Under the pieces are notes generated by a model that saw only the letters and a list, made by a program, of their open reading frames with translations, made no database searches and had not been told where the DNA came from. Shown piece by piece: positions 8,928 through 18,293 of a stretch of 36,210 nucleotides of DNA. The position numbers and the translations under genes were made by a program. The stretch is from NCBI GenBank assembly GCA_029856435.1, contig JAHQXB010000073.1:1-36210 (forward strand), given 5' to 3'. Positions within the stretch are counted from its first letter, which is position 1, and the number at the start of each line of letters is the position of its first letter. Origin of the DNA: Candidatus Jordarchaeia archaeon. GTDB taxonomy: Archaea; Asgardarchaeota; Jordiarchaeia; Jordiarchaeales; Jordiarchaeaceae.

Positions 8928-9188
8928 TCACCAAGTTTTCCGTCGCCGCATATGTGTAGGGCTGTGATTTTTAAGGTGTTTGCGCAGTGGTAACATTCGT
9001 ATGCATACTCCACGTTGGATACCTTTTTTTGAACTGTTGAGCGATATTACGTATTTTTCTATGGGTATCCTTCCGCACACTCCGTATGCGTAGATTATTT
9101 CGTCGTAGATTACTGTGGTGGGATATCCACAGTTGGGGCATTTTTTTATGAGGGGGTTTGGTGTAGGCGCCGAAAAAGGTTTTAGCAA
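8928..9188 (-). CDS. Possible small Cys-containing (Zn-ribbon-like) protein
   Basis: CPNC motif plus two later Cys residues; TTG start; short ORF. Confidence 0.4.
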   Translation of the reverse strand: MLKPFSAPTPNPLIKKCPNCGYPTTVIYDEIIYAYGVCGRIPIEKYVISLNSSKKGIQRGVCIRMLPLRKHLKNHSPTHMRRRKTW

Positions 9189-9619
9189 TTAATTTTTGGT
9201 GGTAGGTGCACCATTTGCATATTTCATATAGGGATGCTTTCCCAGTTTGGATTGTAAATTATTTGGGAGGTGTTTTGCATTATGGCTTTTCTCCACATCA
9301 TATGAACCCCTATTGTGGGGCTTTTACATGTTGGTTTGTTCCCTTATATGGGAGGTATACGTTTTGGACTGCCCAACACTTAAATCTATATGAGTGAACC
9401 AGATTTTTTGTGGTGTGCCAGAAAGCAATTACACCCAGAACTGGCTGAAAAACAAGCCCAACAAAGCCCAATAAACCACATCTCCCCAGATAACCACAAC
9501 TGAGAAAATGTACAAGTTGAAACCCATATGTTTAAACAATACTCCGGGGGCTGAATTTTTGTGGTGACCTTGCCTTTAGCCTGCCTCCGCGTCCCCTCCC
9601 ACCTCCATTTTTTACACTA

Positions 9620-9653
9620 AGGTGTTAAAAAGTGGGAGGTGTTAAAAAGTGGG
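9620..9653. repeat. Perfect 17-bp tandem repeat AGGTGTTAAAAAGTGGG x2
   Basis: Units at 9620-9636 and 9637-9653, preceded by an imperfect inverted copy (CCTCCATTTTTTACACT). Confidence 0.85.
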
Positions 9654-9819
9654 GAGATGGTTTCTTTCAAGCCAGCCACAAAAACAGATCCCTACAAATA
9701 GGAGTGCTGCCTAAATATGTGGTATTTTTGGGTTTTTGACTATTTAAGTCCACTTATTTTGAAACTGTTGCAAAAGGCGTCCCCTTTCCTTGGTTTTCCC
9801 TTTTTTCTCGGTGAATGAT

Positions 9820-10785
9820 TCAGTTTTCATTTTTTCGTTTTTCCTCAAAATTTGATTTTTTATTCTTCGTTTTTTCTTCCCAAAGGGTGTCTTCTGCGCT
9901 TTTTTCTGTTCTTTTTTTATCCCTATTCAGAAGTTGTCTTATTTCTTTGTTATCTTTGGGGATTCGGAGGATGTTTTTGGATTCCACTTCATATATTAGT
10001 TTGCTTCTGCTGGCGTTTTGGTTAGCTTTTGTGTTAGTGTTAGTTGAGTAGGCTTTCTGTATTTTTGTAGGTGTTTTGTTTCTTCTTGCTAAGTATGCTT
10101 TTTTGTAAGTATCTTCGTTGTGGTTGGCGGGGTAACTGTTTGTGCTTGGGTTGCGTTTGGGGTTGTTTTGGTGATTGTTATAATTTGTGTCTTGGGGTGG
10201 GTATAATTGGTTTTGTTGATGCTTTGTTGCTATTTGCCGGCGTATTTTTTTGAGTGCTGCGACGGTGATTATTGAGGGAATTAGTGCTATAGCTATCAGT
10301 TCTAGGACTGGGGTTTGCATATTTTGTGGTATGGGATAAGAGCCTTCAGTGAGGAGATAGTATGCGAGTATTGCGGTGACGGATATTGTGGATATGGGTG
10401 TTAATCTTAGGGTCCATTTGATTTTTCTTTTGGCCAGTGTGGCTACGGTGGCTGTTATCATGGTTGAAGCGTATAGGCTTATAAGAAGCCTTTGTTTTGT
10501 ATGTGTTTCTGTCCAGCCGGGAAGGGCGCTGTAAAATAGCGTGTAAACTGTGAAGAAAAGGAATACTCCTAGGGCTAACCTCCAGTGCTTTTTATAGAAA
10601 TTTATTGTATTGTTTATGACCCAGCGCGCCAAACGTGTCTGATCTCTGAGCATGTAGTAAAGCAGGAAATCATGCCTAACCCAGAGGAGGCATAGACAAA
10701 GAATGTAGCCTAAGACAAGTATTATCACTATCACTAAGACTGATTGCAGCAGTGATACGATGTTGGATAAGAAGTTTTCAAACAT
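9820..10785 (-). CDS. Membrane protein with about 5-6 TM helices and a polar/basic low-complexity C-terminal tail
   Basis: Hydrophobic N-terminal two thirds, N/K/E-rich tail, GGAGG before the ATG. Confidence 0.75.
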   Translation of the reverse strand: MFENFLSNIVSLLQSVLVIVIILVLGYILCLCLLWVRHDFLLYYMLRDQTRLARWVINNTINFYKKHWRLALGVFLFFTVYTLFYSALPGWTETHTKQRLLISLYASTMITATVATLAKRKIKWTLRLTPISTISVTAILAYYLLTEGSYPIPQNMQTPVLELIAIALIPSIITVAALKKIRRQIATKHQQNQLYPPQDTNYNNHQNNPKRNPSTNSYPANHNEDTYKKAYLARRNKTPTKIQKAYSTNTNTKANQNASRSKLIYEVESKNILRIPKDNKEIRQLLNRDKKRTEKSAEDTLWEEKTKNKKSNFEEKRKNEN

Positions 10786-10970
10786 TTTTCTGATCCTCCA
10801 ACTAGACCCGTTTCTGAGTGGGCACTCTCAGAGTTTCTGCCATGTGTTTAGAAAAGGGGCAGATGTGGTGTTTTCCGCAATTGTTTATGATTTCTCTCTT
10901 CTTCGGTGGAACTAGATTTGGGTTTTCCGGAATGGAAATGTTGGGAAAGCCTGTGCTTATGGGCTCTGAT

Positions 10971-13289
10971 TTAGTCTTCGTCTTCTTGTCCCTCCCCTGT
11001 TTCGCTTGGCCCGTATAAGTCGCCCTCAGAATTTTTGTAAATGATTTCTCGGCTTTTCCTTAGACGCGTGAAAAGTATTGCGCTTCCCACCAACCCGGAA
11101 CCGCTCATTGCGAGGACAATAGGCGTAGTGTTGTTTCCGTTCTGGTTAGAGCTTCCCAAAGAGAAGCCGAGTAGCACTTGGGGCTCTGAGTTATAGTCTT
11201 CTCCTTGAGTTACCACACTAATTGTTTTGCTGGTGGAGACAACAGTGTAGGATTGGTTGAAAAGAAGGAGTACTGTGTATTCGCCCACACTTTGGGGTGT
11301 CCACTGTGCTTGGAAATATTCAGTATTGTTCACCCTGTACTCCTCTGAGTAGACTAATTTTCCAGATAAATCTATTACCATTAGGGTTACTGGGTCTTGG
11401 GGCTGGGGTGTGAAAATCAGCTTGCTGAAGTTTGCCGTAATTTGGAGGGTGCTTCCCAGTACAACCTGCCCATTTTTGGCGTCGGTTTCAAGCCCGGGCA
11501 TCATTAGGTGGACTGCGAACTCCAGGCCTTTAGTCACTGTGTCGACGGTTATATTGCCTGTATAGGTACAGAATATGGTATAAGTTCCCTTGGTGCTTGG
11601 AGTCCAGTTGAGGAAAAACTGGCCCGAGCTGCTGGTGTATATAATGTAGCTTATGGGGTGACTGTTAGGATCATAGATGGTTACATTTATACTTACAACT
11701 TCCTGGGGGGGCTGATAATTAAGTGTCAGCTGTCCCTCAACGGTAACTGTGTCTCCTATGTAGATTAGGCCTCCGCCTATACCCGTGAGATTTACTGAGA
11801 GGCCTGTCTTAATCTTTACAGTGACTTGGGTGCTTGTCCAGTTCTTGGGTAAACCATTGTAGTCTCTAATCCACGCAACTACTTCATAAACCCCCATTTT
11901 TTGGGGGAACCATTGGGAGGCAGCGTAGCCCGAATTATTGGTAAAAGCATATTCTACCAGAGTGTACAAGTCGGGATTACTGGTGAAGGATGCGTTGGGA
12001 TACTCTAACTTGTTTAGTACACTCCACCGAACTAGTATATTTGAAGCTGCGTTGCCCTCTACAGTTACATAGGCGTTTAGAAGAACCCCGTCTTCACCCA
12101 GATAAATGGTGCTGGGATTAGCTGTGAATTCAGTTATTCGGTAATCAGTGGGTTGAACTGTGAAGGGTTCGATGGAGAATATCTGTCCATCAGTAGCGTT
12201 TATGGTGTAGCTGGGACCTGAAATTTGCGGTATTTGGAAAGAAGTGTAAACTGTCCCGCTGCTACTTGTGACTAATTGGTCTGTGTGCACTATGTTTTGG
12301 CTGTCGTCGACTACTGTAATGTTGAGAGTTATTCCTCCATGAGTGGTTAAGTTGAAGTTGCTGATTGCCGCGATGCTGATATTCACTGTTTCCGAAGCAT
12401 TATATTTGTAAAGGTTTGGCAAAATCTGTACGCTGTAGGGGTTTTTGTTGTGTAGCCAGATTAGGGTGTTTGTCAGAGTTTGCATGAGGCTGTTTCCGTA
12501 GGGGTTTTGGTTTATGGTTGTTATGTTATGTAGCGCCCAGTGCAACAGGTGGGGATTACCCTCGTATTGGTTATAGATGCTAAGAAAGTAGTCATCTTGC
12601 TGGGTAAGATCCTTCGCCAGGGGAATAAGTTTGGGGGAGTTGGTTAAGGTAAGGTTATCCTCGCTAAGTGGTAAGAGAATGTATCTTTGAGTAATCTCCC
12701 CATATAGGAGACTGATGCTATAATTCACATATTGAGGATATTGGTAAATTATATGGTAGTGAACGTCCCAACTGTTATACTTGGTTGAAATGCTGAGCAC
12801 ATGGACTCCTGTTTTGTTGACGACTTCCCGAGGTGTAATCTGGGCACCTAAATGGTTCAAGAACATGTAGCCTGCGCTTCCCACGGCAAGTATTGGTTTG
12901 CCGGCTTCTGCAATTATTTCAGATGCGCTCTGATTTATACTTGTGCAGGAGGTGTCGAGAATTAGGACATCGAAAACATTGGCTATTGTGGGATTGTTAA
13001 CGAGTGTTTCTAGGTAGACTTGGGTTACCGTAAAACCTTTTTGTTGAAGAACGCTTTGCCAATCATCAAAGTAGTTGTTTGCTGGACTGGTGATTAATAG
13101 TATGTTGGGTAAATTTGATTTCTGTGTGGTTGGGTTCCTACTAAATCCAAGGTTTATGGGATTCAGGTTGCTTGATAGGAGCTGGTTTGAGATTAATAGG
13201 AATCCAGTTAAAGCTAATAGTGATATTATTAGCAGTGTTAGGAGTGTTTTTTGTTTCAGTTTTATTACTCTCCTTTTTTTGGTTTTCAA
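10971..13289 (-). CDS. Cell-surface protein: N-terminal signal/TM, alpha/beta (class I GATase-like) domain, Ig-like beta-rich repeats, C-terminal TM anchor
   Basis: K-rich N-terminus followed by a hydrophobic stretch, many N-x-S/T sequons, T/V/Y-rich repeats (FxxxWTPxxxGxYT), C-terminal hydrophobic helix followed by RLRK. Confidence 0.85.
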   Translation of the reverse strand: MKTKKRRVIKLKQKTLLTLLIISLLALTGFLLISNQLLSSNLNPINLGFSRNPTTQKSNLPNILLITSPANNYFDDWQSVLQQKGFTVTQVYLETLVNNPTIANVFDVLILDTSCTSINQSASEIIAEAGKPILAVGSAGYMFLNHLGAQITPREVVNKTGVHVLSISTKYNSWDVHYHIIYQYPQYVNYSISLLYGEITQRYILLPLSEDNLTLTNSPKLIPLAKDLTQQDDYFLSIYNQYEGNPHLLHWALHNITTINQNPYGNSLMQTLTNTLIWLHNKNPYSVQILPNLYKYNASETVNISIAAISNFNLTTHGGITLNITVVDDSQNIVHTDQLVTSSSGTVYTSFQIPQISGPSYTINATDGQIFSIEPFTVQPTDYRITEFTANPSTIYLGEDGVLLNAYVTVEGNAASNILVRWSVLNKLEYPNASFTSNPDLYTLVEYAFTNNSGYAASQWFPQKMGVYEVVAWIRDYNGLPKNWTSTQVTVKIKTGLSVNLTGIGGGLIYIGDTVTVEGQLTLNYQPPQEVVSINVTIYDPNSHPISYIIYTSSSGQFFLNWTPSTKGTYTIFCTYTGNITVDTVTKGLEFAVHLMMPGLETDAKNGQVVLGSTLQITANFSKLIFTPQPQDPVTLMVIDLSGKLVYSEEYRVNNTEYFQAQWTPQSVGEYTVLLLFNQSYTVVSTSKTISVVTQGEDYNSEPQVLLGFSLGSSNQNGNNTTPIVLAMSGSGLVGSAILFTRLRKSREIIYKNSEGDLYGPSETGEGQEDED

Positions 13290-13708
13290 AAGATGAAGTG
13301 TTGAGTATATAAAGGATTGTAATGCCTCTTTTTTGGGGGTATTTCAAGCAACTTTTAGGATTTTTTGTATGTTTACAAATTTCTTTTTCCTTGAAAAATG
13401 ATTTAAGAGTTAATAATTTCTTTTTCTGTTTTTTTCAGTTTTTAAAAGGCTTTAAATGTTGATGTTTGTGGGGGGCCAGAAAAAGGGGGTGCAAAAAATG
13501 TTCAAAAATCATATATTTTTTTATATACTAATTGCAACGGGGATAAGACGCATTTAAAGTCCCCAAAAATTTTCCCAAGAGTTTTACTCAAATAAGTGAA
13601 AAACACAAAAACTGTACAAATGTGAAACATGACCAAAAACATCCCCAAAAGAGACTTAGTCTTGGTACGCTTTCCCACTATTTTTCAAAAATGTTTTACT
13701 TGCCATCC

Positions 13709-15142
13709 TTATTCTATTTTTCTAAGATTTATTTTTAGCATTTCGGGGCCCCATTTCCAAGTTTTGGTTTGTGCGTCAAAAAGTTCAAGTAGTGGTATTT
13801 GGCTGCCCTCCTGATGACTTCTGAAAAATAATTTATATTTTGCTAGAGGGAGAAGTGTTCTGCGAATGGCTCTCTCCAGTGGGGTTATACTGCCTAGAGG
13901 CGCTTCTAACCAGCAGGCTAATGCATTCTCATTATTTAAGGTTCTCATCCAGTAGATCCAAGTTTTAGGGAGTCTTTTTATAGCCACTACAAATGAATGA
14001 AGTGTGTCTGTGTCTGATTCTATTATGAAGAGTATGTGCTCATTTAGGCCTATTTGATCTATTCCCAATGCGAGCTGAAGTGTTCCCCTCTTCAGGAGGT
14101 TCCTCCTAGTCCTAATTATGGTGCGGGTATTGTATCTCAAATTTTGGCTCAAGTCTTGCACGGTGGCGTTGAAATTCTTGGATAAGGCGTCGATTAACTT
14201 CAATTCCTTAATGGTTACACCTCCCACTTTTCCAAGTGGAGAGGTTGAAGAGCGTTTTTTGTCCATTTCTTCTGGGGAAAGAACTTTGCCCCAACCCTTG
14301 CTTAACACATTGCTGAGGTAGAGAGACCAGGCCTTCCAGTCTATTTTCCAGTTACCTTCATCCACATCGTAGAAGTCTAGAGAAAAAGAACTCTCAAATG
14401 AATCGATTATCCAGGTCCAGAATCTTGGAGCTCTCTTCTCAAATTCTTTATAAACCAAGTTAACTGCTTTGGGGGGTACCGCAATGGAGAAGAAGGTGTA
14501 AAGGTCAATTCCTCCGTAGAGTTCTTGTCTTGAGAGGAGGTAGGGGCTTTGGACGTAGGCTTCTCCCTCCACTAAGATGAGCATATTGGTTAATCCTATC
14601 ATGGGGTAATTTACTCTGGGAAATATTCCTAGGCGGCACCGCTCCTCAAGCATCTTTTTGCGGCGTTGGATGGTGGTGTAACTGGTATTTGTCTCGTCAG
14701 CTATCTCTTTTATTGTAATAAATATGTTGCTCCTAACTTTGTCCAGAATCTTTAAATCCTTCGCATCAAGCTTAACTCGGTAATCATAAACCATGTCCTG
14801 CAAGATTTGCCTCAACTGTTCAGAGGTTAGGCTATTTTCTCCGCCCAATCGCATATACTTGTCCAACTGTTTAAGTGTGGAAATCACAGAGGGTATGAAT
14901 TCTTCACCCATTATGGTATTTGCCCTAATTAAATCTGAGAACCTTTCCTCCTTCTCTCCGCCTGGAATTTCCCCCTTATACTTATATATGAAGAACCTTG
15001 TCAGGAGTTGCTTTTCCTCCTCGGGAAGTATGTCCGGTAAGAATAATTGAAACTGTTCCTCAAGTGAGAGTGATTCAGGGTTTTCCACGGTTTTTAGGGG
15101 TTCCATCCCCAAAAAATTTTTGATATCCTCAAGCTCGCCCAA
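13709..15142 (-). CDS. Transcriptional regulator with two tandem Lrp/AsnC-like wHTH modules
   Basis: KDLKILDKVRSNIFITIKEIADETNTSYTTIQRRKKMLEE...IGL and KELKLIDALSKNFNATVQDLSQNLRYNTRTIIRTRRNLLK...IGL. Confidence 0.85.
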   Translation of the reverse strand: MGELEDIKNFLGMEPLKTVENPESLSLEEQFQLFLPDILPEEEKQLLTRFFIYKYKGEIPGGEKEERFSDLIRANTIMGEEFIPSVISTLKQLDKYMRLGGENSLTSEQLRQILQDMVYDYRVKLDAKDLKILDKVRSNIFITIKEIADETNTSYTTIQRRKKMLEERCRLGIFPRVNYPMIGLTNMLILVEGEAYVQSPYLLSRQELYGGIDLYTFFSIAVPPKAVNLVYKEFEKRAPRFWTWIIDSFESSFSLDFYDVDEGNWKIDWKAWSLYLSNVLSKGWGKVLSPEEMDKKRSSTSPLGKVGGVTIKELKLIDALSKNFNATVQDLSQNLRYNTRTIIRTRRNLLKRGTLQLALGIDQIGLNEHILFIIESDTDTLHSFVVAIKRLPKTWIYWMRTLNNENALACWLEAPLGSITPLERAIRRTLLPLAKYKLFFRSHQEGSQIPLLELFDAQTKTWKWGPEMLKINLRKIE

Positions 15143-15309
15143 AAAGCATCCCTCAACAAGAAGTCTTACAACTACAGCAAAAATAAGATTTTCTAAAAAA
15201 TAAAAAATAGTCCCAAAAAAAGGAATAAAAATGCAGATAGTAAAAAGATCTGTGGCAAGAAGGGTCTTCTGGTAGCGGGTGAAAACTATTTACACATTTT
15301 TGAACAAAT

Positions 15310-16029
15310 TCATAATAGCTTTTTTACGGCCTCTTTTAGCTTTTCTGAATCAATAATGCTAATGGGGTTCAGGTGGTAATCCTTCTTGCACAGAGCCAAA
15401 ATTATCTGTGCATCCTCCGCTTCCCGGCAACCTACCAAATCAAAAAGAGTTTCTGGGCTTGTAACACCACCAATCAGAAGTTCCCAGAAAAATTCAGCCT
15501 GCGCAGCTAAAATTCTCAGCTTTCCACGGAGAACAGTTTCCCTTGACTTGTAGCGGGACGATTCGGAGAGAAGGTTTTCCATAAGCCAGCAGCGGGTTTT
15601 CACAATATCTACGTTTAGCCATTCTTGGTTTTTTAAATCATAGGCTGCCACATTGTGCTTGTTAAGTATTTTGGCGTCGGGCAGGGACGCACAAGAAGCC
15701 ACCCACCCAGTATCGAAATTCTCTACTAGGTTTTCCAAGAAATCTGATGAAATGCTTGGAGCTATGTACAATATTCTTTCGGATTTGCTGTTTTTCTCTT
15801 CTTCAAAGAGAGCTCTAAGCTCCTCTATGGCGCTCTCGGGCTCCTCTGAAACATTCTGATCCGATTCCCATAACCTTCGATGGGGCGCAAAAATAGCCAC
15901 TTCCCTCAAAACATCACGAGTAAGGAAACCTACAAAGAGCACCGGCCGCCGAAGTGTGAAAACAAGTTGTCCTAGCACTGCTAAGCCTTTTTCGCTGAAG
16001 TAGTTGAGGAGCCCCCTCAAATAATTCAC
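15310..16029 (-). CDS. Hypothetical protein translationally coupled to the MglA-like gene (possibly DENN-like)
   Basis: GTGA start/stop overlap with the GTPase gene. The DENN resemblance is by eye only. Confidence 0.7.
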   Translation of the reverse strand: MNYLRGLLNYFSEKGLAVLGQLVFTLRRPVLFVGFLTRDVLREVAIFAPHRRLWESDQNVSEEPESAIEELRALFEEEKNSKSERILYIAPSISSDFLENLVENFDTGWVASCASLPDAKILNKHNVAAYDLKNQEWLNVDIVKTRCWLMENLLSESSRYKSRETVLRGKLRILAAQAEFFWELLIGGVTSPETLFDLVGCREAEDAQIILALCKKDYHLNPISIIDSEKLKEAVKKLL

Positions 16030-16601
16030 CTGGTCCGATTCCTAATAGCTAGACGTATCATATCCCTAAAAACTTTGTATACTCCCTTGCATTTTACGGC
16101 TGATGCGCCATAAATCGGAGTAGAGCTGGGCAGTCCTAAATCTTGTCTAAGTTTTTCTGGTGTAACTGAGTTGGGTAAGTCCTGCTTATTGGCCTCGACC
16201 ACTATGGGAATCTTGTTTTCTGTGAAGGCTATTAGCTCCTCGTAGCTTCTTATGTTCTCCTTTAACCTATGTTCTTGTGAGTCAGCGATAAAAAGAATAA
16301 CGTCTGCGTTTTTGGCCACCTGCTCTCTAGTTGCTAGAAACCTCTTTTGGCCAGTAGTGGTGTGGATGTGGAATATAAAGCTGTATGGGGGAAATTCTAA
16401 TTGGAAAGCTAAGTAGTCCTCCCAAATGGTGTGGTCTTCGCTGGTTGATACTTCGTAGGGTTGACCTGTTATGTTTTGGGGAAAGAGTTTTGCTATGGCC
16501 CTTAGATTAGTGGTTTTGCCTGAGGATGCCGGTCCCCAAAAGATGATTTTCACCTGTATTAGTCCTTCATTAAAATTGGTTTGTGTCTTGTCTTGTTTCA
16601 A
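16026..16601 (-). CDS. mglA: MglA-like small GTPase
   Basis: KIIFWGPASSGKTTNL, DHTIWEDY (aligned to MglA RTLFFDF), TTTGQ, NKQDL, ASAVKCKGV; adjacent to a roadblock gene. Confidence 0.88.
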   Translation of the reverse strand: MKQDKTQTNFNEGLIQVKIIFWGPASSGKTTNLRAIAKLFPQNITGQPYEVSTSEDHTIWEDYLAFQLEFPPYSFIFHIHTTTGQKRFLATREQVAKNADVILFIADSQEHRLKENIRSYEELIAFTENKIPIVVEANKQDLPNSVTPEKLRQDLGLPSSTPIYGASAVKCKGVYKVFRDMIRLAIRNRTR

Positions 16602-16616
16602 CAGGTTTCTCTCCTT

Positions 16617-17192
16617 TTAGTCCTTCTCTCTTATTACGGCGGCGTCAAGTCGGTTTAGAATGTCCTCTATTTGTTCCTCGCTTATCTCAATGGTTTTCCT
16701 TATGCTTTCGTTGTTCTTGATATCTTCCTCGATTCTCTTCACGTACTGGTTCATCTTTGCCCTAATAAATCCTATATTTGCTCTCTCATTGGCGAAGATT
16801 AAAAGTAGGAGTGATTTATCCTCGTTGAGGTCGCTGATTTTGCAGACGTATAATTGTTTTGACTTGTACATGACCATGGCGTTCTGGAACTCGTCAGCGC
16901 CCAAATATTTTTCTACCTGTCGTGCTACACCTGCTAGAGCTGCGCCGAGGGCTCCCGCGTTCCAAGCGTTCTTTATTCTGAAACTTCTAGACTTCGCTAG
17001 GGCCTTACCGTCGCTATCCACAAGCAATAGTCCTTCTATGTCGCCTTTTCCCAACATTCTCTTATAGGCTTCCAATAGGCTGTCGAGGGTGTCTGATAGT
17101 TTATTGGTCAAGTAAAAATGCCTTAATTTGTCTTCCTCTTCTTTTTCTTGGGTGTTAGACCAATCCTCACCGTTAGACTGCAACTTATCCAT
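16617..17192 (-). CDS. mglB: Roadblock/LC7 (MglB-like) protein
   Basis: GLLLVDSDGKAL...GALGAAL...ANIGFIR roadblock pattern, directly upstream of the MglA-like gene. Confidence 0.85.
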   Translation of the reverse strand: MDKLQSNGEDWSNTQEKEEEDKLRHFYLTNKLSDTLDSLLEAYKRMLGKGDIEGLLLVDSDGKALAKSRSFRIKNAWNAGALGAALAGVARQVEKYLGADEFQNAMVMYKSKQLYVCKISDLNEDKSLLLLIFANERANIGFIRAKMNQYVKRIEEDIKNNESIRKTIEISEEQIEDILNRLDAAVIREKD

Positions 17193-17267
17193 TTCTTTTA
17201 ACTCCTTCGAAATTCTCCAAATATTTTTTAAGCATTTAATTTAAACACATCGAGTGACATTTTTGGG

Positions 17268-18233
17268 TTAGAGTGTTGATTGTATCATTTGCAAGCCCTT
17301 GTAGGCCCTCACTAGCCTCCTTACTCCCTTATCAATCCTCTCAGGCTTCATCCCGAAATCCATCAATATTCCTTTTAACTGGTTGGTGTTTGGAGCATTA
17401 AACAATATCTTGGGGGAGATGACTTCGGGTCTCAGAAAAGCTTCGCGAATCGGTTCCACATCGAAGTGTTTTAGCTTCCCTTCGGAAAACATGCTGCCAA
17501 TGTCTCTGTATTTTTGTACAAGTTTCAGGGCCTTTTTTGCGCCAATTCCCCTAACTCCAGGGTTGAAGTCTGTACCTACAAGAATCGCCAAATCCACCAG
17601 TTGCTCATAGGTTATATTATTCTGTTTAAGAAACTCTTCCAAGGTGCTGCACTCCACACTATTTTGGCTGAAATTCATGTTTCTCAGAATGGCTCTAGCT
17701 CCAAATAGAAGGGCGTCATAGTCCTGTGTGAGAACGTAATCTGCCTTGCCTATTCGTGTTAAGTAGGCGGCCTGCGTTTCTCCCTCCCCGGGGGATTTTA
17801 TCCAGGGAATTCCCATGGAAGTTAAAAGCTCTTGGGTCTCACTTATTATGGTGTCGTAGAGTATCTCAGGCGATAGGGATAGGGTTCTGGCGATTGTGTA
17901 CTCCTTGTTTCTTCGCGCCTTTCTCAGATAGCCATACTCCCTAGCTAGAGATTCTACCAGATGTTCCCTTTGCCCCTTAAGCCTTGGGTGAGGGCCGTCA
18001 AACACGTATATTGGTTTAATATCTCGTTCTAGCAAGTTGATGGTTCTGTAAAAAACGCCATAAATGTGGGAAGTTACACGTCCCTCTCTGTTGAAAAGGG
18101 GGAGATTTTGTCTTCTAATTTTGGTTAAAAACTGGAACAGCGTGTTAGAAGCATCCACAGCCACTCTAGCATTTTTCAGGTCACTTAAAGAAATAACTTT
18201 GAAACTAACAATGGAGCCCAGCTTCACACCCAC
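17268..18233 (-). CDS. fen1: Flap endonuclease FEN1/XPG family nuclease (divergent)
   Basis: Start MGVKLG (GTG at 18233 after GAGGTG). Acidic motifs DASN, VFDG, EGETQ, QDYD and GTDFN all present. Confidence 0.93.
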   Translation of the reverse strand: MGVKLGSIVSFKVISLSDLKNARVAVDASNTLFQFLTKIRRQNLPLFNREGRVTSHIYGVFYRTINLLERDIKPIYVFDGPHPRLKGQREHLVESLAREYGYLRKARRNKEYTIARTLSLSPEILYDTIISETQELLTSMGIPWIKSPGEGETQAAYLTRIGKADYVLTQDYDALLFGARAILRNMNFSQNSVECSTLEEFLKQNNITYEQLVDLAILVGTDFNPGVRGIGAKKALKLVQKYRDIGSMFSEGKLKHFDVEPIREAFLRPEVISPKILFNAPNTNQLKGILMDFGMKPERIDKGVRRLVRAYKGLQMIQSTL

Positions 18234-18293
18234 ACAAACCACCTCAATAAACAGACCGCATAGTTAAGGCTAGCTTTTGGGCAGCGGGAATCT

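Noticed and set aside
8551-9565. Repeated ATTTTTTGTGG at 8551, 9403 and 9555
   Set aside because: Short and T-rich in a G/T-skewed region; explainable as terminator-like or compositional.
7700-9800. Canonical archaeal replication origin (ORB boxes with cdc6/orc1)
   Set aside because: No ORB-like TTCCAGTGGAAAC/G-string motif recognised and no initiator gene in the window, despite the skew signal.
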